64,000 nt of DNA from Takakia lepidozioides (taxonomy: Eukaryota > Plantae > Bryophyta). Each line of letters starts with the position of its first letter. Positions within the stretch are counted from its first letter, which is position 1. The notes under the pieces were generated by a model, which did no database searches, was not told the origin of the DNA, and was given only the letters and a program-made list of their open reading frames with translations. The translations under genes and the position numbers were made by a program. The stretch covers positions 14,074,001-14,138,000 of the forward strand of contig CM060732.1 of assembly GCA_030704615.1 (NCBI GenBank), in the 5' to 3' direction. Shown here piece after piece: positions 1-11,017 of the stretch.

Positions 1-66
1 GAGGGGGCTGCGTATGCATTCTTAGATCGAGTGCTTAGCCAATTTGGTGCTCCAGCCGAGGTGCTC

Positions 67-790
67 TGTCGCGGCCCTTTGCCTTGAGGGCAGGGGGTCG
101 GGACACATGAGGGGCTGCCCCTGTGGTGGGGGCAGCGGCAGCGATAGGTATGGGGGGGCTGAAGCACCCTTGAGTGCCCAAGGCACTCAAGGAGGCGGAG
201 GCGCTCACTAGGTGGAGCCCCGCACACCGGGTTGCGGTGGAGGTGGCTCCACAAGGGGTGGTGGTAGCTTAGTGGGACTTAGTGGGGTGGCATAGGACTC
301 ACCATGGGGTGGAGACCTCGAGGTGGGAGTCGTGGGGAGTCTTGGGACTCATCACGGTCCATTGGGGCCGCGGTGAGTGGGCCAAGACTCACCGCGACTC
401 ACCACCGGGAGTCGAGGGTTTTCGTGGTGGTTCGCCATAAAATGGCATGGCTGGTTATGAAACCCCCGCGGACAGCTACAGAAGTATATATAGGGAGTAG
501 TAACCCCGAGAACGGTGCAAGCCCGTTGGTGACCAAAAACTAGTGAGTAAGCGAGCGAGCCGGAAAGCGACCAAAGAGTGGGGAGCTGTTCCGGACTGCC
601 ATCTACCAAAGGGAATTCTCCTAGTCCCAAATAGGTGGAGGGTTTAGAGGGAAGCGGAAGGGGACCGTTATGTCCCGGTGAGCAGCCGAAACTCCAAGTT
701 GGCCCGGCGGCCAGGTTGGGAGTCAGGCGCGCGCATCAAAGCGAGTAACTATGACTTGAAGGGGAGTTTACCGAACTGAGGTGTGCGACA
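67..790 (+). repeat. 5' LTR (724 bp)
   Basis: Starts TGTCGC and ends GCGACA; near-identical to 6314-7038; TATA-like TATATATA at ~485. Confidence 0.96.
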
Positions 791-792
791 TT

Positions 793-804
793 TGGTATCA
801 GAGC
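793..804 (+). promoter_or_regulatory. Primer-binding site complementary to initiator tRNA-Met
   Basis: TGGTATCAGAGC 2 nt after the 5' LTR. Confidence 0.95.
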
Positions 805-845
805 TTAGAGTTCAGTACGCGATCGTCCTTGGGATTGGCCTCATC

Positions 846-3800
846 ATGGGGTCGGGCAAGCCGAAGCGAAAGCGGAACGGCCCAAAAGATGATGATCCCG
901 GTGAGCCCGATGGGGGCGACGTGTCACCGAGGCGGCCGTTTGAGGAAGCGATTAATGTTTCCGAAAACGAGGCCGCTCAGGAGCGGGAGGAATCCGAGGA
1001 GTCGGAGCCCGAGGAATCTTTGAGAGCTCCGACAAACCAAGAGATGCCTCCCATGCCGGCAGCCTTTTGGGAAGGGTTGTTGGCGCAGTTTGGCGGGACG
1101 TTGAAAGACGTGTTGAAGGCGGCTAATGCCACTTCCACCAAGGCAAAGTTTAAGGTGAAGCCTAAGGAACCCGGCACCTTCGAGGGCGTTCGAAACCGGA
1201 AGGCACTCAACACCTGGCTCCTGGAGCTAGAGCAGTACTTCCGGGCGGCCAAGTTGAGTGACGAGGATCGGGTGGAAGTGGCTCCCACCTATTTGAGGGG
1301 CTATGCTCAACAATGGTGGCAGAAACGCCTTCACGACCGAGGCCCAAGCCCGGAAACCTTGAACTGGAGTGAGTTCAAGGAATTGATGAAGAGACAGTTT
1401 GTGCCCCTCAACGCGTCCTGGCTTGCCCGGGACAAGATGAGGAATTTGAAGCAAACAGATGACATTCGGGGGTATGTCCAGGCTTTCAATGTGCTGTTGC
1501 TCGAAGTCGCGGACATGGCAGAACCAGAAATGGTCTTCAACTTTGTGGCGGGACTGGCCCCATGGGCTAGGCGGAAGTTGGAGGAGAAGCCACCCAAGAC
1601 TTTGAACGAGGCAATTGAGAGAGCTGAATGTTTCTCGGATGTCCCTAGGGGTGAGAGACAAGGCCGTACGGAGCTGAACCACAAGAAGACCCGGCGGGAA
1701 GGTGACTCCTCCCGACCGGAAAAGAAGTGGGATAGGCCACGCGGCGAAAATGGCACGTGGAAATCGAAGGGAGGTCCTTCACACGTCAAGGCGGCACCCG
1801 GTGCTTCGAAAGGAAAAGCGGGTGGAGCGACTTATGGCGGACAGAAGGCGACCTTTGATGGAGTGTGTTTCAATTGCGGGGAGCCCGGGCACATGGCCAA
1901 GAAGTGCACGAAGCCCCGGCAATTGAACATGACTCGGGCGACCACGGAGCTGTCGGAAGATACCATCAGTCGCTTGGTGGAAGCGGTGGTCGCCAGGACT
2001 TGCAAGGTAGGCAAATTTTCTTGTGAGTTGTATCAGGAAACTGGCGCCTTACGAAAAGGGAGTCAGTTATTGTTCGTGGATGGGATAATATCCGGAACTA
2101 ATGTGTCGTTGTTGGTGGACACAGGAGCGTCGCACTCCTTCATGACGCCGGCGGCGGCGCGAAAGTTGGGACTCCCGACAAGTGACGTGGGGGCCTCTAT
2201 TGAGGTGCGCTCTGCCAAAGGAGAACCTCAGTTGGCGACAAGGTTGGCGTTTGATGTTCCTCTTCAACTGGGGAGTTGGGAGGGACGTGAGAACTTCACT
2301 ATCTGCGAGATCGATGGAGTGGATCTCATTTTGGGAATGACCTTTTTGAGCAAATCCGGAGCGGTCATAGATGGCCGCAAGAGAGTAGTCACGCTGCCAT
2401 GTGGGAATGGTGGCGAGGTTTTACGAGTGTCGGAAACGCCCAAATCCGTGGGAGGGCGAATAAACCTTCTATCAGCAAAGGAGTGGGCCGTGGAGGAGAC
2501 ACACGAGTCCCAGTTTTTGCTTTACATTAGAGAAGTGAAAGGAGAAGGCGATGGGGAGCCGAGCCCAGATTGGATCAAGGGGATTTTGGAGAAATACCAG
2601 GATGTGATGCCGGAGGATTTACCAAGCGGCTTGCCACCGCGAAGAGGAGTTGACCACAAAATTGAGGTGATACCAGGATCGGAACCGCCTGCCAAGGCGC
2701 CCTACCGGTTGAGCCACAAAGAGTTGGTCGAGCTGAAGACTCAGCTCAAAGATCTAATGTCAAAGGGGTACATCCGGCCGAGTAAGTCACCTTACGGAGC
2801 CCCGGTGCTATTTGCAGACAAGAAGGATGGGACGCTGCGGATGTGTGTCGATTACAGGGCTTTGAATAAGGTGACTATCAAAAACCGGTACCCTTTGCCA
2901 AGGATCGACGACCTCTTCGATCGGTTGGCAGGAGCGAAGTATTTCAGCCGGATCGACTTGCGCTCCGGCTATCACCAAATTCGGGTGGCGGAAGGAGATG
3001 AGGAGAAGACCGCGTGCAGGACAAGGTATGGTTCATATGAGTTCTTGGTGATGCCTTTTGGGCTCACCAATGCACCAGCGACATTTAGCACGCTGATGAA
3101 CAGCCTTTTCCAGGAGTGGTTGGATGACTTTGTGATCGTGTACATCGACGACATCTTGGTGTACTCGAAAACAAAGGAGGAGCACCTGGAGCACCTCAAA
3201 AGGGTGTTCCAAAAATTGCGAGAAGGGAAGCTGTATGCCAAAGCTTCAAAGTGCGAATTCGGGGTCACAAAAGTGGAGTTCTTGGGGCACGTGATTACAC
3301 AGGATGGGATCAAAATGGATGACAGAAAGGTGAGGGCGATCTTGGACTGGGAGCCTCCGACTTCGGTCCCGGGAGTGCGATCCTTCCTAGGACTCGCCTC
3401 CTATTACCGGAAGTATGTGAGAAATTTCGCCAAGATCGCGGGGCCGCTGTCGGACCTTCTGTGTAAATCCAAAGTCTGGGTATGGAACACATTTTGTGGC
3501 CAAGCTTTTGCTGAATTGAAGCAGCGGATGACGGAAGCTCCAGTCTTAAAAATCCCGGAGTTCGATCGTCCGTTTGAGATTCATACAGATGCATCGGACT
3601 TCGCAATTGGGGGTGTACTTATGCAAGATGGACGTCCAGTGGCTTACGAAAGTAAGAAACTGAATGAAGTGGAGCGACGGTGGCCGACGCACGAAAAAGA
3701 GATGAAGGCGGTGGTACATTGCCTTGAACTCTGGCGCCACTATGTTGGTTCCAACCCAGTGAAGGTGTTCACGGACAATGTCACGGTGAAGTATTTTGCC

Positions 3801-5408
3801 ACGCAGCCCAAGTTGTCCCCAAAACAACTTAGGTGGCAAGATACTTTGGCAGTGTTCGACGTGGATATCCAGTACAAACCGGGACGGGACAATGTGGTGG
3901 CCGATGCTTTAAGTAGAAAGCAGCAGCTCTTGTTGGTGTACAAGGGCGAGACGGCGCTCCAAAGGAAGATCCGGAAGGCTTGCCGGAAGGATGAGCTGGC
4001 AAAGTGCGTGATGCAGAACTTGAGAATGGGGGTTAAATCGCAGTTCCACTTGCAAAACGGACTGCTCCGGTATAAGCAAAAACGTCTCTATGTGCCAAAG
4101 GGAGGGATCAGGGATAGTCTCTTGAGAGAATGCCATGATAGCCCGCTTGCGGGCCACGGTGGAGCCAAGCGCACTGCGGCACTCTTGAAGAAAGAGTATT
4201 TCTGGCCCAAACTGAGGGAGGAGGCAGAGGAGTATGTAAAGACATGCACCACATGCCAACAAAACCGGAGCGAGTATAAAAAGCAAGCGGGGCTGTTACA
4301 ACCCTTGCCGATTCCAGAGGGGACTTGGGAAAGCGTCTCGATGGATTTCATGACTGCTATGCCGCTGTCAAAAGGATTCGATGCAATCATGGTGGTGGTA
4401 GATAGGTTCAGTAAAATGGCCCATTTCATCCCCACCAAGGAGACGGCAACTGCGCAGGAGACAGGGCGACTTTACTTCGCCCACGTCTTAAAGCATCATG
4501 GAGTCCCGAAGGATATTGTCTCGGACCGCGACCCAAAGTTTACGAGTAAATTCTGGAGAGCACTTTGGAAGAAGATGGGGACGAGGCTGAAGATGAGCAC
4601 CGCCTTCCGACCTACGACGGACGGCCAAACGGAAAGAGTGAATTCCGTAGTGAAGCAATTCTTGCGGAATTACGTGTCGGCAGACCAATCAGACTGGATG
4701 GAACACTTAGACGCGGCAGAGTTCTGTTATAATAACACAGAACACTCCGCGACGGGAGTTTCCCCTTTTGTGTTGGTCTATGGAAAAGCACCTCTGGTGC
4801 CGACAAGTTGGGCCGCCCAGGACGTTGAGGAACCGGCAGTAGCGGCGGTACTGGAAGAACGCGAGCGTTTGTTGAAGCTCGCAAAGTACAACATTGCCAA
4901 AGCTAGGAAACGGTATGAAAGGCAGGCGAATCGGAAGCGGAGGGAAGTGAAGTTTGAGGCAGGCACAGAGGTCTGGTTGAACATCAAGAATTTTCGACTA
5001 CCTCCGGAAATGAGTCCGAAGTTCGTACCTCCGTATGCGGGTCCCTTTCGCATTCGGAGGGTTATGAATGAGGATGTGTATGAATTGGAGCTGCTAGCAA
5101 ACAGCAAGGTGCACCCAGTATTCCATGTCTCCCTTTTGAAGCCTTACTTCAAAGATGAAGCACGTCCGAATCGGCAACAAGTGTTGCGTCCGCCACCTAT
5201 GCTGTTGGATCATGAAAATGAACCCGAGTACGAGGTGGAGGCAATACTTAAGTCGAGGAGGTTCAAGAACCGAGAAACGGAGTATCTCGTCAAATGGAAG
5301 GGCTATCATCTTGTGGAGGCATCTTGGGTGCGTGCCTCAGAAATGGGAAACGCATCCGAGGCAGTTGCAGCGTTCGAAGGGCGACCTCAAAAGCGGAAGA
5401 AGCGTTGA
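846..5408 (+). CDS. Gag-Pol polyprotein (Gag, CCHC knuckle, protease, RT, RNase H, integrase, chromodomain)
   Basis: Uninterrupted ORF (first ATG at 846). Motifs: [14 protein letters not shown]; LVDTGASH; YIDD; TDASD; HHCC integrase zinc finger; SMDF/SDRD/TER; GPF; C-terminal YEVEAIL...YLVKWKGY...SW chromodomain followed by basic RPQKRKKR. Confidence 0.97.
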   Translation: MGSGKPKRKRNGPKDDDPGEPDGGDVSPRRPFEEAINVSENEAAQEREESEESEPEESLRAPTNQEMPPMPAAFWEGLLAQFGGTLKDVLKAANATSTKAKFKVKPKEPGTFEGVRNRKALNTWLLELEQYFRAAKLSDEDRVEVAPTYLRGYAQQWWQKRLHDRGPSPETLNWSEFKELMKRQFVPLNASWLARDKMRNLKQTDDIRGYVQAFNVLLLEVADMAEPEMVFNFVAGLAPWARRKLEEKPPKTLNEAIERAECFSDVPRGERQGRTELNHKKTRREGDSSRPEKKWDRPRGENGTWKSKGGPSHVKAAPGASKGKAGGATYGGQKATFDGVCFNCGEPGHMAKKCTKPRQLNMTRATTELSEDTISRLVEAVVARTCKVGKFSCELYQETGALRKGSQLLFVDGIISGTNVSLLVDTGASHSFMTPAAARKLGLPTSDVGASIEVRSAKGEPQLATRLAFDVPLQLGSWEGRENFTICEIDGVDLILGMTFLSKSGAVIDGRKRVVTLPCGNGGEVLRVSETPKSVGGRINLLSAKEWAVEETHESQFLLYIREVKGEGDGEPSPDWIKGILEKYQDVMPEDLPSGLPPRRGVDHKIEVIPGSEPPAKAPYRLSHKELVELKTQLKDLMSKGYIRPSKSPYGAPVLFADKKDGTLRMCVDYRALNKVTIKNRYPLPRIDDLFDRLAGAKYFSRIDLRSGYHQIRVAEGDEEKTACRTRYGSYEFLVMPFGLTNAPATFSTLMNSLFQEWLDDFVIVYIDDILVYSKTKEEHLEHLKRVFQKLREGKLYAKASKCEFGVTKVEFLGHVITQDGIKMDDRKVRAILDWEPPTSVPGVRSFLGLASYYRKYVRNFAKIAGPLSDLLCKSKVWVWNTFCGQAFAELKQRMTEAPVLKIPEFDRPFEIHTDASDFAIGGVLMQDGRPVAYESKKLNEVERRWPTHEKEMKAVVHCLELWRHYVGSNPVKVFTDNVTVKYFATQPKLSPKQLRWQDTLAVFDVDIQYKPGRDNVVADALSRKQQLLLVYKGETALQRKIRKACRKDELAKCVMQNLRMGVKSQFHLQNGLLRYKQKRLYVPKGGIRDSLLRECHDSPLAGHGGAKRTAALLKKEYFWPKLREEAEEYVKTCTTCQQNRSEYKKQAGLLQPLPIPEGTWESVSMDFMTAMPLSKGFDAIMVVVDRFSKMAHFIPTKETATAQETGRLYFAHVLKHHGVPKDIVSDRDPKFTSKFWRALWKKMGTRLKMSTAFRPTTDGQTERVNSVVKQFLRNYVSADQSDWMEHLDAAEFCYNNTEHSATGVSPFVLVYGKAPLVPTSWAAQDVEEPAVAAVLEERERLLKLAKYNIAKARKRYERQANRKRREVKFEAGTEVWLNIKNFRLPPEMSPKFVPPYAGPFRIRRVMNEDVYELELLANSKVHPVFHVSLLKPYFKDEARPNRQQVLRPPPMLLDHENEPEYEVEAILKSRRFKNRETEYLVKWKGYHLVEASWVRASEMGNASEAVAAFEGRPQKRKKR

Positions 5409-6313
5409 TGGGGACATCAACCTTGGAGCGTGGGGGAGGAAATGCATGCTTAGCCCGGTTTAGCTAGCTCAGGAATCCGATTGCAAAAACTTGTATTGTA
5501 CAAAAATTTGTGATAAAGGAAATGGGTTCCAAATATTGTGCGTCCTATTGTGTTTGGAATGGTGATGCATGGTGTGGTTGGCTGGTGTGTAGAATGCATG
5601 CTAGCTTACAAAAGTGGGAGAGGTAAATTGGGTTAATCGTGTGTTTGCGCAGTGCCGAAATCGGGTGACTCCCATCCAAGGGGCAAGGAAACTTGCGCCT
5701 TATTTGGGAGTTCAAGTGCTAGTGCGCACCTGGCGCGTGCGCGTACTATAACTGCGCTACCGAGGGGGTTGCCTTGTAGTGCGGGCTAACGCGGAAGCTA
5801 CGTGCTTCCGTTCACGTACTATAATCGTGTAGCCTCGGGACGAAGTCGTAGTGCGGCTTCGGCGTGTTCCCGTACCTCAGGCCAGCATTCCAAGGCGGAC
5901 CCAATTGTAGTGATTGGGGCGCACGGTTGGTTCAAGGTTATCTTCCTAGTCAAAGAGGGTTCCAGGTGAACCCTTGCTCAAGGTGATGCCAAAAGCGGCA
6001 TCATGAGCGATCGCAAGCAATGTTGTTGCAGTAAGGCGATTCGATCCTCGGGGAGGATCGTTCCTTGGCCTTGAAGTAGGCCAAGAAGAGTGCACTGGAG
6101 GAGCTGGAGAGGCTCCACCCTTGGCCGGGACTTGGAGGAAGTCGGCCGAACTAGCTAGTGGAGAGTGGAGTCAAGTGTGGGGTTTGGTTCTTTGCCATGG
6201 GACGCCATGGTACGGAAACAAACTCCTTGATGTGGGACGCCACAACTTGGATGTTCGTTTCTACAAAATGGACAAGTCGATGAGGACATCGACTCCCTGT
6301 TGGTAGGGGTGTG

Positions 6314-7038
6314 TGTCGCGGCCCTTTGCCTTGAGGGCAGGGGGTCGGGACACATGAGGGGCTGCCCCTGTGGTGGGGGCAGCGGCAGCGATAGGTATGG
6401 GGGGGCTGAAGCACCCTTGAGTGCCCAAGGCACTCAAGGAGGCGGAGGCGCTCACTAGGTGGAGCCCCGCACACCGGGTTGCGGTGGAGGTGGCTCCACA
6501 AAGGGTGGTGGTAGCTTAGTGGGACTTAGTGGGGGTGGCATAGGACTCACCATGGGGTGGAGACCTCGAGGTGGGAGTCGTGGGGAGTCTTGGGACTCAT
6601 CACGGTCCATTGGGGCCGCGGTGAGTGGGCCAAGACTCACCGCGACTCACCACCGGGAGTCGAGGGTTTTCGTGGTGGTTCGCCATAAAATGGCATGGCT
6701 GGTTATGAAACCCCCGCGGACAGCTACAGAAGTATATATAGGGAGTAGTAACCCCGAGAACGGTGCAAGCCCGTTGGTGACCAAAAACTAGTGAGTAAGC
6801 GAGCGAGCCGGAAAGCGACCAAAGAGTGGGGAGCTGTTCCGGACTGCCATCTACCAAAGGGAATTCTCCTAGTCCCAAATAGGTGGAGGGTTTAGAGGGA
6901 AGCGGAAGGGGACCGTTATGTCCCGGTGAGCAGCCGAAACTCCAAGTTGGCCCGGCGGCCAGGTTGGGAGTCAGGCGCGCGCATCAAAGCGAGTAACTAT
7001 GACTTGAAGGGGAGTTTACCGAACTGAGGTGTGCGACA
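6314..7038 (+). repeat. 3' LTR (725 bp)
   Basis: Direct repeat of 67-790 with about one substitution and one 1-bp indel seen by eye; preceded by G-rich GGTAGGGGTGTG (PPT-like). Confidence 0.96.
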
Positions 7039-7118
7039 TGCTCACGGACCAGAGGAGAGAGTTCTTGGGGGAGTTTCAGGCTTTGTGTGAGCAAGCCTTG
7101 ATAGATCACCGCACTACT

Positions 7119-7526
7119 TCACACTGTTTTTCGGGCATCAGCGTGGGAAAAAAAAAAAAAAAAACCGTGTGTGGGATGGTCATATGCAGAGAAAATGTGC
7201 TCCGCAGATGCCTTGAAAACAGTGTGCGGTGCCGCACACTGTTTTACGGGCAGCTGCGAGGGAACGAAAAAATGAAAAAACGAAAAAAAAAAAACTCATG
7301 TGGGATGGTCATCTGCACAGAAAACGTGCTCCACAGAAGCCCTGGAAACAGTGTGTGGTGCCGCACACTGTTTTCCGGGCAGCTGCGAGAGAACGAAAAA
7401 ATGAAAAAAAAAAAAAATTCACGTGGGATGGCCATATGCACCAAAAACGTGCTCCGCAGAAGCCCTGGAAACAGTGTGCGGCACTGCACACTGTTTTCCG
7501 GGCATCTGCGAGGGAACGAAAAAACG

Positions 7527-7557
<31 letters not shown>

Positions 7558-7820
7558 GTGTGGGATGGGCATCTGCAGAGAAAATGTGCTCCGCAGATGC
7601 CCTGAAAACAGTGCCGCACACTGTTTTCAGGGCATCTGCGTGGGAGCGAAAAAGAAAAAGAAAATGTGTGTGGGGTGGGCAGCTGCAGAGAAAACGTGCA
7701 CCGCAGATACCCCGAAAAGAGTGTGCGGTGCCGCACACTACTTTCAGGGCATCTTCGTGCGAACAAAAAAAGCAAAACGTGTGTGGGTGCCACAAACTAC
7801 TTTTCAGGCATCTGCGAGGG
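7119..7820. repeat. ~125-bp tandem array of long palindromic hairpins with A-tract linkers
   Basis: About 6-7 units of GCAGATGCCCTGAAAACAGTGTGCGG-TG-CCGCACACTGTTTTCAGGGCATCTGC separated by poly-A and TGTGGGATGG motifs. Confidence 0.85.
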
Positions 7821-8356
7821 AACCTGCCAAAAGTGCATTCGCTTGTGTCAAGTCAAACCGCATACATTGATTTCATCCCAGCCATCCCGCAGAATGTTTC
7901 ATTCAAATACAAAGACATTCATGCATTTCCAAACATGCAAGGGCTTAGTATGTACACCACATCTAAATTACATTATTCCATGTGGGCGATTTTCACGTGT
8001 CCAAGCCTCAACTCCACTCCGCTAACTTTTCGGTCAGGGGATCTGCACTGTAAGCTGCTACTACGTTTGGACTGGTAAGAAAGTTTCATGTAACCAGCAC
8101 CCTCATTCTCTCTCACTTCGACAATTGAACACTAATCAAATCGTTGTTTATGACACGAGGGACCGGGGGTGGGATGGATGTAAAAGATGTTATCTGCAAT
8201 GATTGAAAAGGGTAAGTCAATCCGCGGCTATAGGCGCCTCCCGCGGATATACGCCCTATAAGTTCAGAATTCATAGATGACGTGGTGTGAGCCTATGCTG
8301 GGCTCACGGGCTCCTGGGCTCATAGGCTCACGCCTCCAGGCTCACGGTGTAGCAAC

Positions 8357-9128
8357 CAGTGTTTGGACCGGTATATGGGGGTGAGGCAGGGTATCAACAC
8401 GGGTAAGGGTATCGCGACAGGGTACCAGACTAGGCGGGTATAAGCAACTGACAATACCCCGGGCAGAACATATTGGGGGCAATATAGTGAAACGCTAATA
8501 CCTGGGCTCCTACCAGACCAGCCTAGTATCGCAAGGAACGCAACTTTGTCGATACCAATACTATGTCTACCGCCGTCGCTTGCACCCTAGGTATCAATAT
8601 GTGGAGCGTTAGGGATTTAGGGTGCAGCATGGAGAGTTGCGGCTCTTTGATTGAGACGATCTGAATGGCGCTTTTGGCGAAAATCTGCTTAGGCTTGGAG
8701 CATTGTTCATTTATCAGCCTATAATATGGCTTTTGTAAGGTGACCTCAAATTACCTAAGGTGAGATCCCGCTCCTTGTTATTATGAATTGTGGCACTCAG
8801 CCGCTAAGGTGGGCGCTTCAGCCCATGAGGTGAGCACTTCAGCGGTATAATTTGGACATATATATATATATATATATATTCAGTTTAAAAATAAATAAAT
8901 ATTAGTATTGATACCAATATTGATATACCCCCAGTATAAGATTTGAAATCTGAAATACTGATACCATACCATACCAGGCCAAACAAAAACAATATACATA
9001 CCAGACTGGTATATTGAAAGCTTATACCTACTTTGATACCATTACCTGCCAGGTATGAAGGAGGCATCTTCACCGACAATACCATACCTTGGTTGGTATG
9101 AAATGTTGATGATACCAGTCCAACACTG
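8357..9128. mobile_element. Non-autonomous hAT-type element (MITE, 772 bp)
   Basis: TIRs CAGTGTTTGGACCGGTAT / ATACCAGTCCAACACTG; perfect 8-bp TSD GTAGCAAC at 8349-8356 and 9129-9136; many GGTAT/ATACC subterminal repeats; no transposase. Confidence 0.88.
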
Positions 9129-9250
9129 GTAGCAACCCCCGTCTGAAACCAGTCCCTTATATATATATATAACACTCTTGGTCAGGCTTGCGTTAACGCA
9201 AGCCCAAACCCTGGTCTGAAACCAGTCCCCTTTCGTAAAATAAAATTAAT

Positions 9251-9284
<34 letters not shown>

Positions 9285-11017
9285 CACTCTTGGTCAGGCT
9301 TGTTGTGGTTTTCTTGGATTTGCACAAGTGCACAGAGTGTAGGAAAGGGACTAGTTTCAGAGCAAGGTTCAGGCTTGCGTTAACGGTGTGCACAGAAACT
9401 TCTCTGATACCAGGGTACGCAGCCACATCAAATACTGTAATCAGACTTACATTAATGCAAGCCTGAACATAGAGTGCAATCGGGTCTAAAAGGAAGCAAA
9501 TGCAAATGGGAATGCAGTTCCAATCTAACCTATAATTGATTCGCTTCATTGCCTGCTCCCCATTGTACTGCGCATTGAACAGGTTAGAGCGCAGAATTCC
9601 CCCCTCTACTGCGAACTCACGGAAGAAGGCATATTTCCAAACAATCTCTTTCCACCTCCGAATGACAGTGCCGAAAGATTCATCGGGCTCAATTACCTCG
9701 ATTTTGAAGTCATGAAGAGTTTGCTCCATAACTTCCAAACCCCTCTCCTCCAGCTGCCAAGACACAAGCTTTGTGTTACGATGTGTTTACAAACAATTGT
9801 AATTTTATTGCGACGACAAAGGCAGGATGACTTCTGCACCTGGCACCAAAATGTCACTTTATGGAGCCACTTGTCCCAGTCGACATCGCTGAAAGGCCCC
9901 ACGAAATGAAAGTTGTTTGCCTGACGGAGGACAGGGTCAAAGTTCCAGATCTTAAGCGATCGCACCTTGTGCTTTGATTCCACCATTACCATTGCAAGCC
10001 TATGCCACTTCTCCTGTGTCATTTCTGGCTTGCCACTCTTGTTCCAATGGAGCCGCACCTGGTTCAGGAATCATGCACCGAGACTAGGATCAGCTATGCG
10101 AAGTTGTTTGGTGAACTTTGTGACAACGTTTTTGCGGCATAAGTCCGTTGCTTCGTTGATGGCCTGCTCAATTCCACGATAGGGACAACTTCTCGGTACC
10201 TCGAGTGCCTGTGTCCCCCCACTTTCATGGGTGAATCTTCTTCAGCATCATTCCCTCTCCAGTCTCCAACCACTACAGTCCGGGGAGAAGGGGAGAACAT
10301 GATGCCGGTAGAGGAGTCTGACTGTACAGAGGCAATGTGGCATATAGAACGGACTCCCAGGGATCAAAAGTCAAGTGTGTCGCTATTAGGGCACCCTCGT
10401 TTCAAAAGTGCACTGCCCAGATTTCGAAGGGGACATGCGGAACTCCTGCCTCGACATTCACCGGCTTGTTCAAGCATTACATGTCGTGGGAGTCTAGGCC
10501 TCACAAGTTCTGGTTCTGCCCGGATGACATTGTGCAATGTGTCATGGGGACTGTTCGGGATTATGTGATAATGAAGCCTCAAATTCCAGCCATGTGGCCA
10601 GTGAAGGAACTACACTCTCCAAACTGGAAATTGACATGCTAGAGGAGGCCGGGTTTCGCCTTCTAAGAGGCCCAACCGTCGTAACGCCGGTTTCTCCAAT
10701 GGCTTTCCCTTCCAACTTTCCTGCATGTCCTCGACAGGGCACCGATTGGCCCACACAAAGGAATGGAAAGGCGGTATTTCGGGTTGAGGCTGATGCAGAT
10801 AATGAGTGCAAGATAAAGTCTGCTATAACCTTGCAGTGTTGCGTCACCCAAATTGTGAAGAGTCCCATTGTCAGGCTATGGGCGGGTGTACACCATGGCG
10901 ACCTCTAGATTGGATGTTCATGACAGGACCTATGACTCAGACTAAAAAGCTTTCGGAAGATGGAAGGCATGTATTTGGCCCAAGTAACATGCCACCTCAG
11001 TCAGACTCAGAGCTCTA

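Larger units (their letters stand above)
67..7038 (+). mobile_element. Full-length Ty3/gypsy chromovirus LTR retrotransposon (Galadriel-like)
   Basis: TG...CA LTRs at 67-790 and 6314-7038; 5-bp TSD TGCTC at 62-66 and 7039-7043; PBS; single gag-pol ORF with chromodomain. The RNase H motif [17 protein letters not shown] resembles the Galadriel clade (recalled). Confidence 0.97.
1..7118 (+). pseudogene. Older Ty3/gypsy integrase fragment (1-66 joined to 7044-7118), split by the chromovirus insertion
   Basis: Removing 67-7043 restores an in-frame EGAAYAFLDRVLSQFGAPAEVL|TDQRREFLGEFQALCEQALIDHRTTS, an rve-core-like segment around the second catalytic Asp. It is truncated at ~7119 by a palindromic repeat array. 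Confidence 0.85.

Noticed and set aside
304-630. Short ORFs duplicated at 6459-6878
   Set aside because: They lie inside the GC-rich LTRs; no protein signature.
7029-8078. 349-aa and overlapping Lys/Cys-rich ORFs
   Set aside because: Apart from the first ~30 integrase-derived codons, they are translations of the palindrome/poly-A array, open on both strands.
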